From: Trichinella spiralis
Lineage: Eukaryota
Direction: 5' to 3'
Assembly: GCF_000181795.1 (NCBI RefSeq)
Contig: NW_003526941.1
Span: 7,048,812 to 7,100,826, forward strand
DNA: 52,015 nucleotides
This document shows, in pieces, positions 1-10,974 of the stretch. The position numbers and the translations under genes were made by a program. Position 1 is the stretch's first letter; each line of letters begins with the position of its first letter. The notes under the pieces were generated by a model, which saw only the letters and a program-made list of their open reading frames with translations, searched no databases and had not been told where the DNA came from.

Positions 1-380
1 CAATATTAATTCAAATACGCTTCCATGCATCTTGAGATATGGTTTGTTGTGATTCAGAAAAATTTTCTGATCAATTGATATCATTTTTGGAAGAAATCAG
101 AATTTTCGACTTTTCAAAAAAGCAAGGCTATAGCCTTTGCTGTTTGTGCGATTTTCGAAAGTAGGCTTTTTTCCAAAATTTCGTTTTTTTGTTATATATT
201 GCTAAAGTTTGATAAATTATGAGGTTCTGGAAAGTTCCATGGCAAACTAACCCGAACTTGTTGAATTAACCCGTCTCTAAAGTTTGTATGCGCCCTATAT
301 TAACACACAGTAAAGACTTGCCCATCTGGAAACTACCAAGAAACGACCCCATGACGGGCTGAATTTTAGGAATTACAAAA
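1..380 (-). repeat. Diverged partial copy of the ~1.4 kb repeat, inverted relative to the other copies
   Basis: Reverse complement of ~660-1010 and ~39820-40170 (e.g. ttttcgacttttcaaaaaagcaaggctatagcctttgctg versus cagcaaaggctatagccttgc...aaagtcgaaaa); ends at an N-gap. Confidence 0.9.
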
Positions 381-390
381 NNNNNNNNNN

Positions 391-1208
391 CAGGATAGAC
401 ACTCAGGTATAATAAATGTTGACAGCTACAGATTTAGAAATCAATTCTACTGGTCGAATAAATGAAATAAACTAATAGGAAACTAATAAATGGAAGATTT
501 TATGGGCATTTCAAACCGTCCTTAAACAATTTCTATAAATTTATTCCAAATGGACGAAAAATGCAGAAAAATCGTCTTGCCCAAAACAAAGAAATATTGC
601 ACAAGACTTCGCCATTTCAACGAATATCTCACGATAATGCAAAGAACGTTTCCTATATCAAAATTCAGCTATCCTGGTGCCGTTTCAAGGGAGTTCCAGA
701 TGGGCTGCTTTGCTGTGTATTAAGATAGGCGCATGCAGACTTTAGATGCCGTTTATTCAACAAGTACGGGTTAGTTTCCCATGCAACATTCTAGAACTTT
801 CTAATTCATCAAACGTTAGCAATATATAACAAAAAAAGCGAAATTTTTGAAAACACCCTACTTTCGAAATTGCCAAAAACAGCAAAGGCTATACCCATGC
901 TTTTGAAAAGTCAAAAATTTTTAATTGTTGCAAAAGTAATTTCAATTGATCAGAAAAATTAAGGTAATCATTACAAACCTATTTGCACGTCGTACAAACG
1001 CGTATTTGCCGAGATATTGCAAAAAAGTTGTACAATGATGCGATTTTAGTGGGGACGTCAGAGATGGAAACGAAACCTGCGCGCTTGATAATACATCCTA
1101 TAGTTGCATTTCATTAGCATTTATATCAAAATTTGAACAAATACCCGCCAGCAAATGTTTCTGATTCTAATATCTTTTGTGCCTGAATTTCACTTTTGTA
1201 TTACAGAA
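391..1208 (+). repeat. Partial copy of the ~1.4 kb repeat family
   Basis: Colinear and near-identical with ~39550-40370 (gacactcaggtat...gaataaatgaaataaactaataggaaac...aatttcacttttgta); similarity ends near 1208. Confidence 0.95.
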
Positions 1209-2683
1209 ACTAATCATGCATCGATCTTTTTGAAATGCATTCAGAAATAGAGTATCTGCTTGTTACGCTTGTCGTAACTGCTGAGTCGTTCACAAAAGCA
1301 GTGAACAGTGAATAATTAATAATTTATAAATAACTTTTAAATACGTCTAAATAAGTTTAAACAGCAGATCATGATGTAGAAAATATGCGTGAACATTGCA
1401 TGCCAAGTTGATTAATTATTTTGTTATTTTTTTATAAAACGAATTTTTTTATTTTGCCGAAAATTGAGTTGTCCCTGATATTACATTTTTCATACAGCAT
1501 TAAATGGTTTATCATTAGTTGTATCCTCGTAGTGCAGACTGATTTGCATACAAACTTCATAAAGTAAGAAATTATATATGTCGTACAATCATGCAAATAA
1601 ATCAACCACGTTTTTGTCGTTACTATTTCTTTCTGAGGGCGCATTTGTTCAGATATTGTTCATATGGATGGCAAAGCATCTAGTTGAATTCAGATAATAG
1701 AGATGAAGATATTTGAAAGAGTTTGATACGCGTGTATGGCAGATAATTTTAATAAATAGAAATTTTCTCGCAAAAAATCTTTCTAATAACATTGCTGATG
1801 ATCTATTTATGCATTACAAGAATTCTGCCAGTTTTGAAAACTCTTATTCAAGCAATTTCATTGAATAATAACTAATAACGGTTTACAAATACCATATATT
1901 CAAAATGATCAGTTTTGATAACAATGTTGAAACAATTTTGCTGTTTAAAATGCTTTTACAAATCACAATACTGCTAAATTGGAGTTTTAGCGAATTTCTC
2001 AGCAATCAAAATGAAATATATATAATTATGATACGCAATTTCCCATCGTAGCATCGACTGATCTGATCTGAAGGTTAGTTAAAGGAAATGAAATAAATAT
2101 ATGTTAGTTTAATACAGACAGCCGAAATCCTGCAAACATACTATGCTTGCACAGAACGTTAGCTCAGCTTTAAAAAAAGAACTTACCTTCAATGATCGAT
2201 GATATTGAAATGTAGAATTTAACGCGTTGCTTGTCTAGTGATCATCACATTGATCTACTGAATAGCTAACTGACCATGAAGAGAACATTCCGAAATGTTG
2301 TATAAGAACGAATAAGTGAATTACGCAAACAGCACATCATATTACCTTTGGTAGAATGACCAACTGTTTACTCTGTAACAGCGTAATGCCTTTTGAAAGT
2401 CTAATGAACAACTAGGAACAAGCCAAGACTTTAATTATTATTCTGGACCGTTTTCCAAATGTCCATCTATTACAGTTCGACTCTTAAGTCACAGTGCAGC
2501 TCTATAAAATTCAAATAAATCCTATACAATGATGCATTAATTTCAGATAAATTCCTTTTCATTGTGCCTTCTCTTCTTTAAAATGTTCGCATTATTTAAG
2601 ATTGAACATAATTTGAAAAGATGACGTAAAATAAGTTTTTTAATATAATCGAATAAAACGATTGAATTAATTTAACTATACCT

Positions 2684-3821
2684 TTATTATTTAAATTTGT
2701 TATTTTCCTACTTCATCATTATTATTAATAAAACTAGTTTGAAAGATTATCAAAACTTAATGCTTTTAATGACGCGCAAGTAACATTGGTATAAACTTAA
2801 AAGGTTTTTCGAAAATTGAATGATAAAATTTTCTTTAAAAAATGTTAAATAAGAAGTGTAATTAATCATTTTATTATATTTTCATGAGATAAATAAAAGT
2901 TGAATTCACATCTTCGACTGACTAATTTGTTTTTATCGAAACTCTATTTGTAGCTATGCGAATGTATTTCGTATTGAAACTCAAACATATTTGATGATCT
3001 TATTAGTGATATTTGTTTCAAACCATTCTTATCTTCATTTACAAACTTTTGCATAATGCTACAGCACATACTCGTCTTCAACGTATACCGTACTTTCAAA
3101 AAATATTTTACAAGAGCGAATATTTATCAAAATTTTTATGGACTTTACAAATGTTTAGAAAATGAAATTGCAAAACCCGGCTTCTATTCAAATGCAGGGC
3201 AATAAATGCATAAGCATGATATTTCAAGTAAATAATGCACATCTTAAAGGTTAAAATACATGCACAAATTGCAGATGTTTCGTTTCACATCAATACATAC
3301 TTAAATAGAATGCCTTCAAATAGAGAAAGATACAAAATAAACACAGCTATTTCCAATGCTAAGGATTTTCAAAACAAAACAGTTAAATTTTATCATGATG
3401 TAAATGATTATTCAACTGTTCACATTTTTTGAAGTCAGCTAAACCATCAAATGGACGTTAAAACAACAATCGCTGTTTACACTGCAAGTGTGTTCTCTAC
3501 TAAATAAAACTGATTATGGAACATTATCCTTTGCGTAAAGTGTACATAAATTGAATGCAGAAAATAAAATAGATATTTGTAAATTAAAATTTTAAAATAA
3601 ATAAATAAATATATTTACTGACTTTTTACAACTTTAAAATTTGTAAAAGTACTTCAAAGAATATATCAACCAAACAAATTTATTTCAACTCATAAATATC
3701 AATACATTCCCTACTACCACAAAGTTATTTATTCGTCAACCTAAAATGATAATAATATAATTTCGAATATGCCTGAAAAATATCCCATCATACTTTCAAT
3801 TCTTCATCGTCGCCTTCGAAT
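2684..3821 (+). repeat. Segment duplicated at 36920-38057 (direct; offset 34236)
   Basis: Identical 65-aa ORFs at 3235 and 37471; about a dozen substitutions by eye; includes the last codons and 3' flank of the nucleolin-like gene. Confidence 0.95.
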
Positions 3822-6800
3822 ATTTTTAAACTCAAATCTTCAAGACTTCCATCATCGTCATCATCATCTTCTTCATATTTGCGCTTACGCCCAACTGCAT
3901 TTGCGTTATGTTGAGATAATTTTTTCGTATCCACTTTGTTTCCAGTAACGTTGTTGTTGTTGTTGTTGCTGTTGTTGATATTCTTCTTATTCTTCTTCTT
4001 CTTCTTTATCACTTTTTTCGCTCTGTTATACCTCGTCTTAGGTCTCACTTCTGAGCAATATACAAACAAATTAATCGTATTTCAGATAAAAGCGTTTATC
4101 CATCATATAAACTGTTAAATCTGTTTTACATACTGTGATAAGAATTTCGAAACGAAAAGCAAACACTACCTACCTTTCGGTCTAGTGTAAAACACATATA
4201 TTGGACGACCCAATTTTACATTATCTGCGCTGTTAAATGCTTCTCGCGCCGCTTCTGCAGTTGGAAACTTCACAAATGCATACCTAAAAGCGTTCCATAA
4301 GCATGACAATTATTTTTGCACAAACATAAGCAACATTTACATGTCATGCATTTGAATGCTCCCCGCTGATGGAAACGCCTGCAACACTTCCTCCTTTGAA
4401 CAAACATCGCCAACATAAAGTTCTGTTGGATTTATCAAATTGGAAATTTCTGATGCTTCAAATACAATGCACATTAATTTTTTTCACATTTTGAAATTTG
4501 TTTTCAACTTACCCTCTGTTGGTTTGAAATTTTTCCCTTTCTCTCCCATGAAATCCACAGTAAGTTTTGCACCCTTCAATGCAATGTTCTTCAACTTCTC
4601 GTAATTCTTTTCACAAATTTTCTCATTAGCAAATAATAAAAAGCAGAATCTGAAATATATCAAATTAAACAGAAAACAATATCCACACAACATATTATAC
4701 ACAAACCTCGACTTTTGAGTAGGCTTAAATACATGAATTATATCTTTAGACAATGCTTTCACATCTGCAATGGATGATTCCAAAGGTAGATCTTTAAGAA
4801 ATAAACGGCATTTGTTTCTTTTCAGACGTCGTCTCTGTTCAATTTCGAGAACCTTTTTCTCCGCTACAAAAGGCATTTGTATAATGAAAAAGAACCAATT
4901 CATAAAAATCGTTCTTCATATAATTAATTACCTTGAACGCCTTGAGAAGACAGCTTTGTTTTCTTCGCTGGTGGAGCTTGTATCTTCTTTCCTTCTTCTT
5001 CTTCTGCCTCTTCCTCCTCCTCCTCCTCTTCTTCTTCTTCTTCTTCCACTTCTTCTTTCTTTATTATTTTCTCGATTTTCATTTCGTTTTTCGCTTTTTC
5101 ATTTTTCACTTCACTTTTAACCTTTTTATTTTTCATTTCGTTTTTCGATTCTTCATGTTCGATTGCATTTTTCCCCTTCTTATTTTTCATTTCATTTTTT
5201 GTCTTTTCCTTTCTCACGTCTTCTTTCAAATTTCTTACTACACCTATTGTAATAAAGATAAAAGGAATAAAGCATTAAGCAAAAAAAACCAGAACATTTT
5301 TCCACCGTTCACTTACTTTCCACTTCAAGCTCTTCATCTTCCAACAAACTTGCTGTTCCACTTTCCACTTCTTTTTTCACGCTTATCTTTGTAATACTAC
5401 CTAAATCAACCAAACAAGAAAAATACAAAAGTAAGGAACCTGACAGACAATTACTGTTTTTCTGTTTTATTTTATCTTTCGGAGATTCCTTCTTCGGACT
5501 TTTTTCTTGAACTTCTGGCTTAGGAGTCTCAGGTTTTGGAGAAGATTTTATGGCAACTAATATAACATACATACAAGAACATCAATTAAATTATGCAAAT
5601 GAAATTAAAATGGATAGACTACCTTCTGCTGCTTTCCTGTTCACTTTTTTTCCAGCAGCAGAACCTACTTTCTCACCAAAGCTTCCCAACTTCTTTACAT
5701 AAATTTCTTTCTCATCGCTGTCACTGCTATCCAAAATATCATCATCAGCATCGTCGTCGTCCTCGTCGTCATCGTCTTCGTCAATATCCATTTCGTCACT
5801 ATCCAAAAGTAAATCGTCGTCATCCGCTTCGTCTTTATCTTCATCGTCATCATCTTCTTCTGCCTCATCATCTAAAAAAATAATTTTCAAAATAGCTCTT
5901 CTACAAATTTTCCATTAAAAACATTTTCACATCAAAACCCTTTTTACAATACACTACACACTATTCAACCTTCAAAACAATCAGGTTCCTTTCTATGGCT
6001 TTCTCATTAATTTCAAATTCAACTGGAAAATATATAAATTACATTTCAATAAAATAAAACTTAAAAATATCAAATTTGACATTTTCACAATATTTTAAAG
6101 TTTACAACATCCAACTGATGAAATCATTAAACAAAATAAAATTGAAAAAGTAAATTATGTATATTTCTTCATACCTATCATATTCAAAAATTTCTCATCT
6201 TCATCGTCTTCGGAATCTTTATTTTCACTTTCTTCGATGTCTTCATCGCTGTTACCCTCTTCAAACATCTCTTAAAACAGGCTTATTTGAAATACACATG
6301 CAAACGTTAGTCATTTCAGCATTACCTTCATCTTCTAAATCATCTTTCAGAACAAAGTCATCCATGTCCGATTCATTTTCAGACTAAATTCAATTATAAT
6401 ATCATATTTATACATTTGTAAAATAAAGTATCCAAAACTAAATTACTTGACTCAAAATTTTAGCCCGTTCTTCAATTGGATCGGCGAAATGGACTTTTTT
6501 CTTGAGAGACGTTGATAAGTTACCGCGAGATTTTCCACGAGGAATTGAAATTCCTCGTCCGGCTGGTGAATGCAAAGCTCCGCTATTTTTAGACTCTTCA
6601 ACCATGCCCATTTTATTTTTTTTACCAAACAATTGCTTATCAACGCCTCGACCAAAGGCATCACGATTTGCTTTGTTATCAAACCCTCCACGGCCACGAC
6701 CATGGCCGCGGCCACGATTTTGACCACGGCCACCTCGGTCAGCACTCGCATTACGCATTTTACCGCCGCCACGTTTCATTGAACCACGACCAAAACCACC

Positions 6801-7425
6801 TCTCGCTACTTTGAGTCCGTTTTGCTATAAAATAATAATTCATATTGAAGCTTAAAAACTAATCAATATTAAATCAAGCATAAAAACAACTTAAACAAAA
6901 TTTACAAAATAGCTATTCTTCAAATTAAACATTTGGCAAGTTAATACAAGAAGTGATAACTTCAAATAATGCAACATGTATTTGAAAATTTACACAAAAC
7001 AAATGCATTAAACAAAAACACCAAAGTTCACTTAAAACACAGTTAAGTTAAACTTGTTCGGCTGAATCAAAGATAATGGACTAGCAAACAAGCGAGCTTT
7101 TTAACAAGAGACCTTTAAAGTAGAAAAAATAAAAGACAAGAAATTTTTAAAGCAAAAGGCTTGCAGTAAAACACCGTAAAAATAGAAACATTTACTAAAA
7201 ATGCAAAACATAAACTGTAAACTACAATTACAAGTCAAACACAGTAGTATAGAAATATACTATCAGCAAAACTTGCTTTAAACTAACTTAACTGGCGAAC
7301 TACTTGTCATACAGAAGACAATTGAAAAGAACAAGAATAGGTGCTTTCTAACGATAGTGTATATTAAACTTAAAAGTATCATTCACTGAAATAATAATGA
7401 ACACAGTTATTACCTTCTTCGTCAT
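3788..7425 (-). CDS. Nucleolin/NUCL-1-like nucleolar RNA-binding protein (N-terminal RGG, long D/E acidic tracts, two RRMs), multi-exon
   Basis: Spliced model: MTKK (7425-7414) | QNGLKVARGGFGRGSMKRGGG...RGGRGQNRGRGHGRGRGG; acidic exons 6383-6175 and 5871-5623; RRM1 RLFLKDLP...FCFLLFANE; RRM2 ELYVGDV...YAFVKFPTAEAAREAF; basic/acidic tail ending 3788. GT-AG introns in consistent phase. Domain order matches C. elegans NUCL-1. The first exon is less certain. Confidence 0.8.
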
Positions 7426-8095
7426 ATTTTCCAAACTCAACCACCAACACGAAACTAAATCACAAAATGACGTAAGCAACTTAGACAAAGAACTACAGTC
7501 AATTTCACAACCCTTGACTGTCAATAACCGTGGCATCAAATATACTGTAATACCATCGGAATTTCTGTGTAACCATATAAGCATTGAATTAATTTTCGTT
7601 CATTTTAAATAATTAAATTAAATTTTAACAATATATTTTTTAACAACATTTTCATATATTTTTACTGGATTGTCATACTGTACATAAAACTGAACTAATG
7701 TGCGTATTATTTAGTTTATTAATTCAAAATAAAAATGTGTTCATTTAATAAAATAATGTCTATTAAATTCAAATTTATAAATATTGAACCTATATGAAGC
7801 TAGTAGGCAAATGTAAACAAATTACTGATCCTCAGGTTCAAAGAAAAAAATTTTGATGTAAAATGCTAATAAATGGAAAATAAAAAATTATTTTTATATA
7901 TTATATTTTTATATTGTTTTTAAAATTTTTATTTACTGACTGAAAGTGTCATTTGAAAAGTACAATCAGCATCTTGTTGTGGTGTACGGTCATTTATTTT
8001 AAAATTTCTTATAAGCTTCAATTCAGAAAATGTGATTGCGGATTAATTAAATATTTATTATTTATCGATAAACATTGGTAATCTTTCACTCAAAT

Positions 8096-8376
8096 GGCCA
8101 AGGTCAGTGGCAACTCGTGCGGTTAAATTTACTTGTCACTGTAATGATCACGACCTGGACTAAGCATCTACCTAGGCTGAAAACGAATGCCCACTGGCTT
8201 TATACTGACACCCACTGGGAGTACTGATAAATAACAATGAAATTTACAGACAACTACGAGTTACGTGATTGGAACTCGGAGTTGACTTTGGTGTGCTGTT
8301 ATCTTAGCAATATATATCAGCCAAAGAAGAATATTAATATTCTCCTCGTCGAACCACTGCTTTACAACTCAGTCAT
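8096..8376. ncRNA. Candidate structured non-coding RNA, family unassigned (H/ACA-like first hairpin on the minus strand)
   Basis: Visibly GC-richer than flanks, no long ORF, several hairpins: cagtggcaa/ttgtcactg inside ccaaggtc/gacctgg; caact-cgagtt/aactcg-agttg; minus-strand agcagtg/tattgct with a ~10-bp upper stem followed by AGATAA. Confidence 0.4.
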
Positions 8377-8552
8377 TTTTACCCTTAAAACATGTTGATA
8401 AACTGAATAAATGTTGAATAAACTGATAGTAATGGCACGCTTCTGAATTACTAGAAAAGTTGAATTATGCTGAACGTAAAACAACTAAAAAATTAAAAGA
8501 TAAACAATTTCATGTTTATTTCATTTATTGAAGGAGATTTTCAAATTTCAAC

Positions 8553-9913
8553 TCAGTCCAATCCTCCGCTGTGTTGGAATATTCGGATATTGTTATCCGT
8601 ATAACCGGCAAACAATGTCTTTCCATCTGCAGACCATGCAAGTGAAATACATTCTGGGGGAGTTTTTGTCAACTTTTCTAATTTCAACTCATCAATGCAA
8701 TCTTTCTTCTCCAAATCCTATTAGACACATTACTAATACATTTACAATATACAAGAATAAAAACTTACCCAAATCTTCACCACAGGTCCAGCGGCTACAC
8801 ACAACCAATAACGACTGGGACTGAAGCACACAGCATTTATTACATTGTTACAGTTAAAAGTGTGCAAATGTTTTCCTTCTCCCAAATCCCACAGCATCGC
8901 TTTCGAATCCTAAAAAACACACTGTACAAAAACAACTAAAATAATCCAAACATACTTTTCCGCCGGATGCACATAAAGATGCATCTGGACTAACAGTGAC
9001 TGCGTTCAAATAACCTTCGTGTTTGTTAAACGTATTCTTCAGTCTGCAATTTGCAAGAGTCCACACTTTTATCGTCTTATCCCATGCACAAGAAACAATT
9101 ATAGGATTGTTTTTGTTTGGTGAAAAACGGACACATGAAACCCACTCTTGATGACATTCGTCCTAAAACAATAAATAAATAATTTAAATATATCAAAGAA
9201 AAAGCTTTATTTCGTTAAATAACAGTACAAAAATCACAAATACATATCAGAAATAAATTGCATCATAATTCTTCAAAAGCTAATACACAAACTCATCATA
9301 TTAATTCAACATCGAAAAACAAAATAAACATTAAAGTTAAACTATATGGTTATACTTACAGTAATTGTATACTTGCAAACCGCCAAAGTGTTCCACAGTT
9401 TGATGGTTTTGTCACGACTGCCAGATACAATTTGTCTATTATCCGGTGAAAACGCAACGCTAAGAACATCATTTTGATGGTCTGCAAACTTTCTAGTACA
9501 TACTGCCCTAAAAGCATTTTAATACAAATGATGTTTCTCAAGAACAAATAGTAACACATAAAAAACAAACGCTTTCAAATCCCATAGCCGAAGAGTCTTA
9601 TCCCAAGATCCAGATAGTGCAAATTGTCCATCAGATGACATAACTACATCTGAAACAAAATGCCCATGCCCATGCAGCGCTTTCTGCGCTATGCCAGTAA
9701 TTTGGCCATCATCTTCGGTGAGCTTCCAAATTAACACTGTCTTATCTAAAATTTCTCGAATTAGTTTTGAAAATAAATAACAAAAACCGTCTAGCCACCT
9801 CGAGAACTAGAAATAATTATATCATTATCCACAGGAGAGGCGGCTATTTGGGTAACCCAATTTCCATGTCCCTTTAAAGTTCCTTTAAGCTTCATCTGTT
9901 CATTGTCCACCAT
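8553..9913 (-). CDS. RACK1: RACK1 (WD40 40S ribosomal scaffold protein), multi-exon
   Basis: [24 protein letters not shown]...SSSRDKT...[32 protein letters not shown]...[29 protein letters not shown]...[20 protein letters not shown]; canonical GT-AG introns; TGA at 8553-8555. Confidence 0.97.
9243..9303 (-). ncRNA. Intronic box C/D snoRNA candidate in RACK1 (18S guide)
   Basis: Minus strand ATGATGA(C)-gtttgtgtattagctt-TTGA(D')-agaatt-ATGATGC(C')-aatttattt-CTGA(D). The D' guide TGTATTAGCT is antisense to the conserved 18S sequence AGCUAAUACA. Sense orientation in the longest coding-region intron. Confidence 0.7.
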
Positions 9914-10974
9914 TATGAATCGCACTTGTATCTAAAAATGTCTGCTCTCAGAAAATGATGATTAAACATCAGCAGTGATAAGTGAATAAAATCAAACAGT
10001 GTCACATATGTGCTTTTTGTCGTCTATCTTACGAAAAACATTCAACATACGATACAAATTCCGTACATCGACTAATGCAATACAGTTGTTAACTACTGGT
10101 AATTCTCTTTAGAAAGCTCAGATGCTTAAAAATTACTAAGTAGGAAATGTGCATGCAGTTGTTAAAATGAATCGCATAATCAACAAGTCATCAATTATTA
10201 ACAATCTAAAATCGCTTAAATAACTCATCTACAGAAAATAAAATTGCCATAAATAAAAAAAAATACTTAACACGTGGATAAAGTATAGTAGGAAAGCAAT
10301 AAATTGAGCGCAGGTACAAACATGCTAACGCACAATAAAAATTCATTAAAAATTAATTTGTTAACATATAAAATATTTATTGATACATTTGTTAAATAAA
10401 AACTGCTTAAACATAAAATCTCCAAATAAGTTTAATAACTTCCGATTTTTACAGTTCTTTCATTTGGCATTGCTTTGCATTGATAACCTTCCATTTTAAA
10501 ATGTTGCTACTTTATTGGTTATATTCAATTCTATTTTCATTGGTCAAAATAGTTTTCATCTGAATTCAGTTTGTATTAATTTTTGCTCATTTTAGAAATT
10601 TGAATATACATTTCTTGCAATGAAGTTGCACATTTGAATCTTCAATAATATATACAATATGAGTCAACAATGATAAATTACGATCAAAGCAAAATTAACT
10701 TGGAATATTTTAAACTTAACTTTAGATTCAAGAAAATTAATGACTTGAACTGAAAATAAAGCGAGCAACCAAGGCCGTTTATCGTCACTTGGATGACTTC
10801 TAACGATCTGCTTCGATTAGATTGAGAGAAATACATAACACAGCTTTTATTTCAAAGACAAAGCACATAAAGCATATAATTTTTGGGTTCACCTATTGAG
10901 TTGGATAATTTGCAAATGCACAGCAAGAAACAACAGTTGAATTACAATTTTTGCTTTTGCTCTTTTCCATCATA

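Noticed and set aside
3936..5883. Plus-strand hydrophobic ORFs (poly-Leu/Phe) and His/Arg-rich ORFs
   Set aside because: Antisense shadows of the K/E/D low-complexity exons of the nucleolin-like gene.
8159..8180. ctaagc...cctaggc as a telomerase template; GCC..GTGGC..TGTAA nearby as an SRP Alu domain
   Set aside because: No 1.5-repeat template for TTAGGC and no SRP helix-8 motif.
10089..10106. AGAATTACCA (minus) antisense to 18S
   Set aside because: Not adjacent to a D/D' box; a 10-mer match to rRNA is expected by chance.
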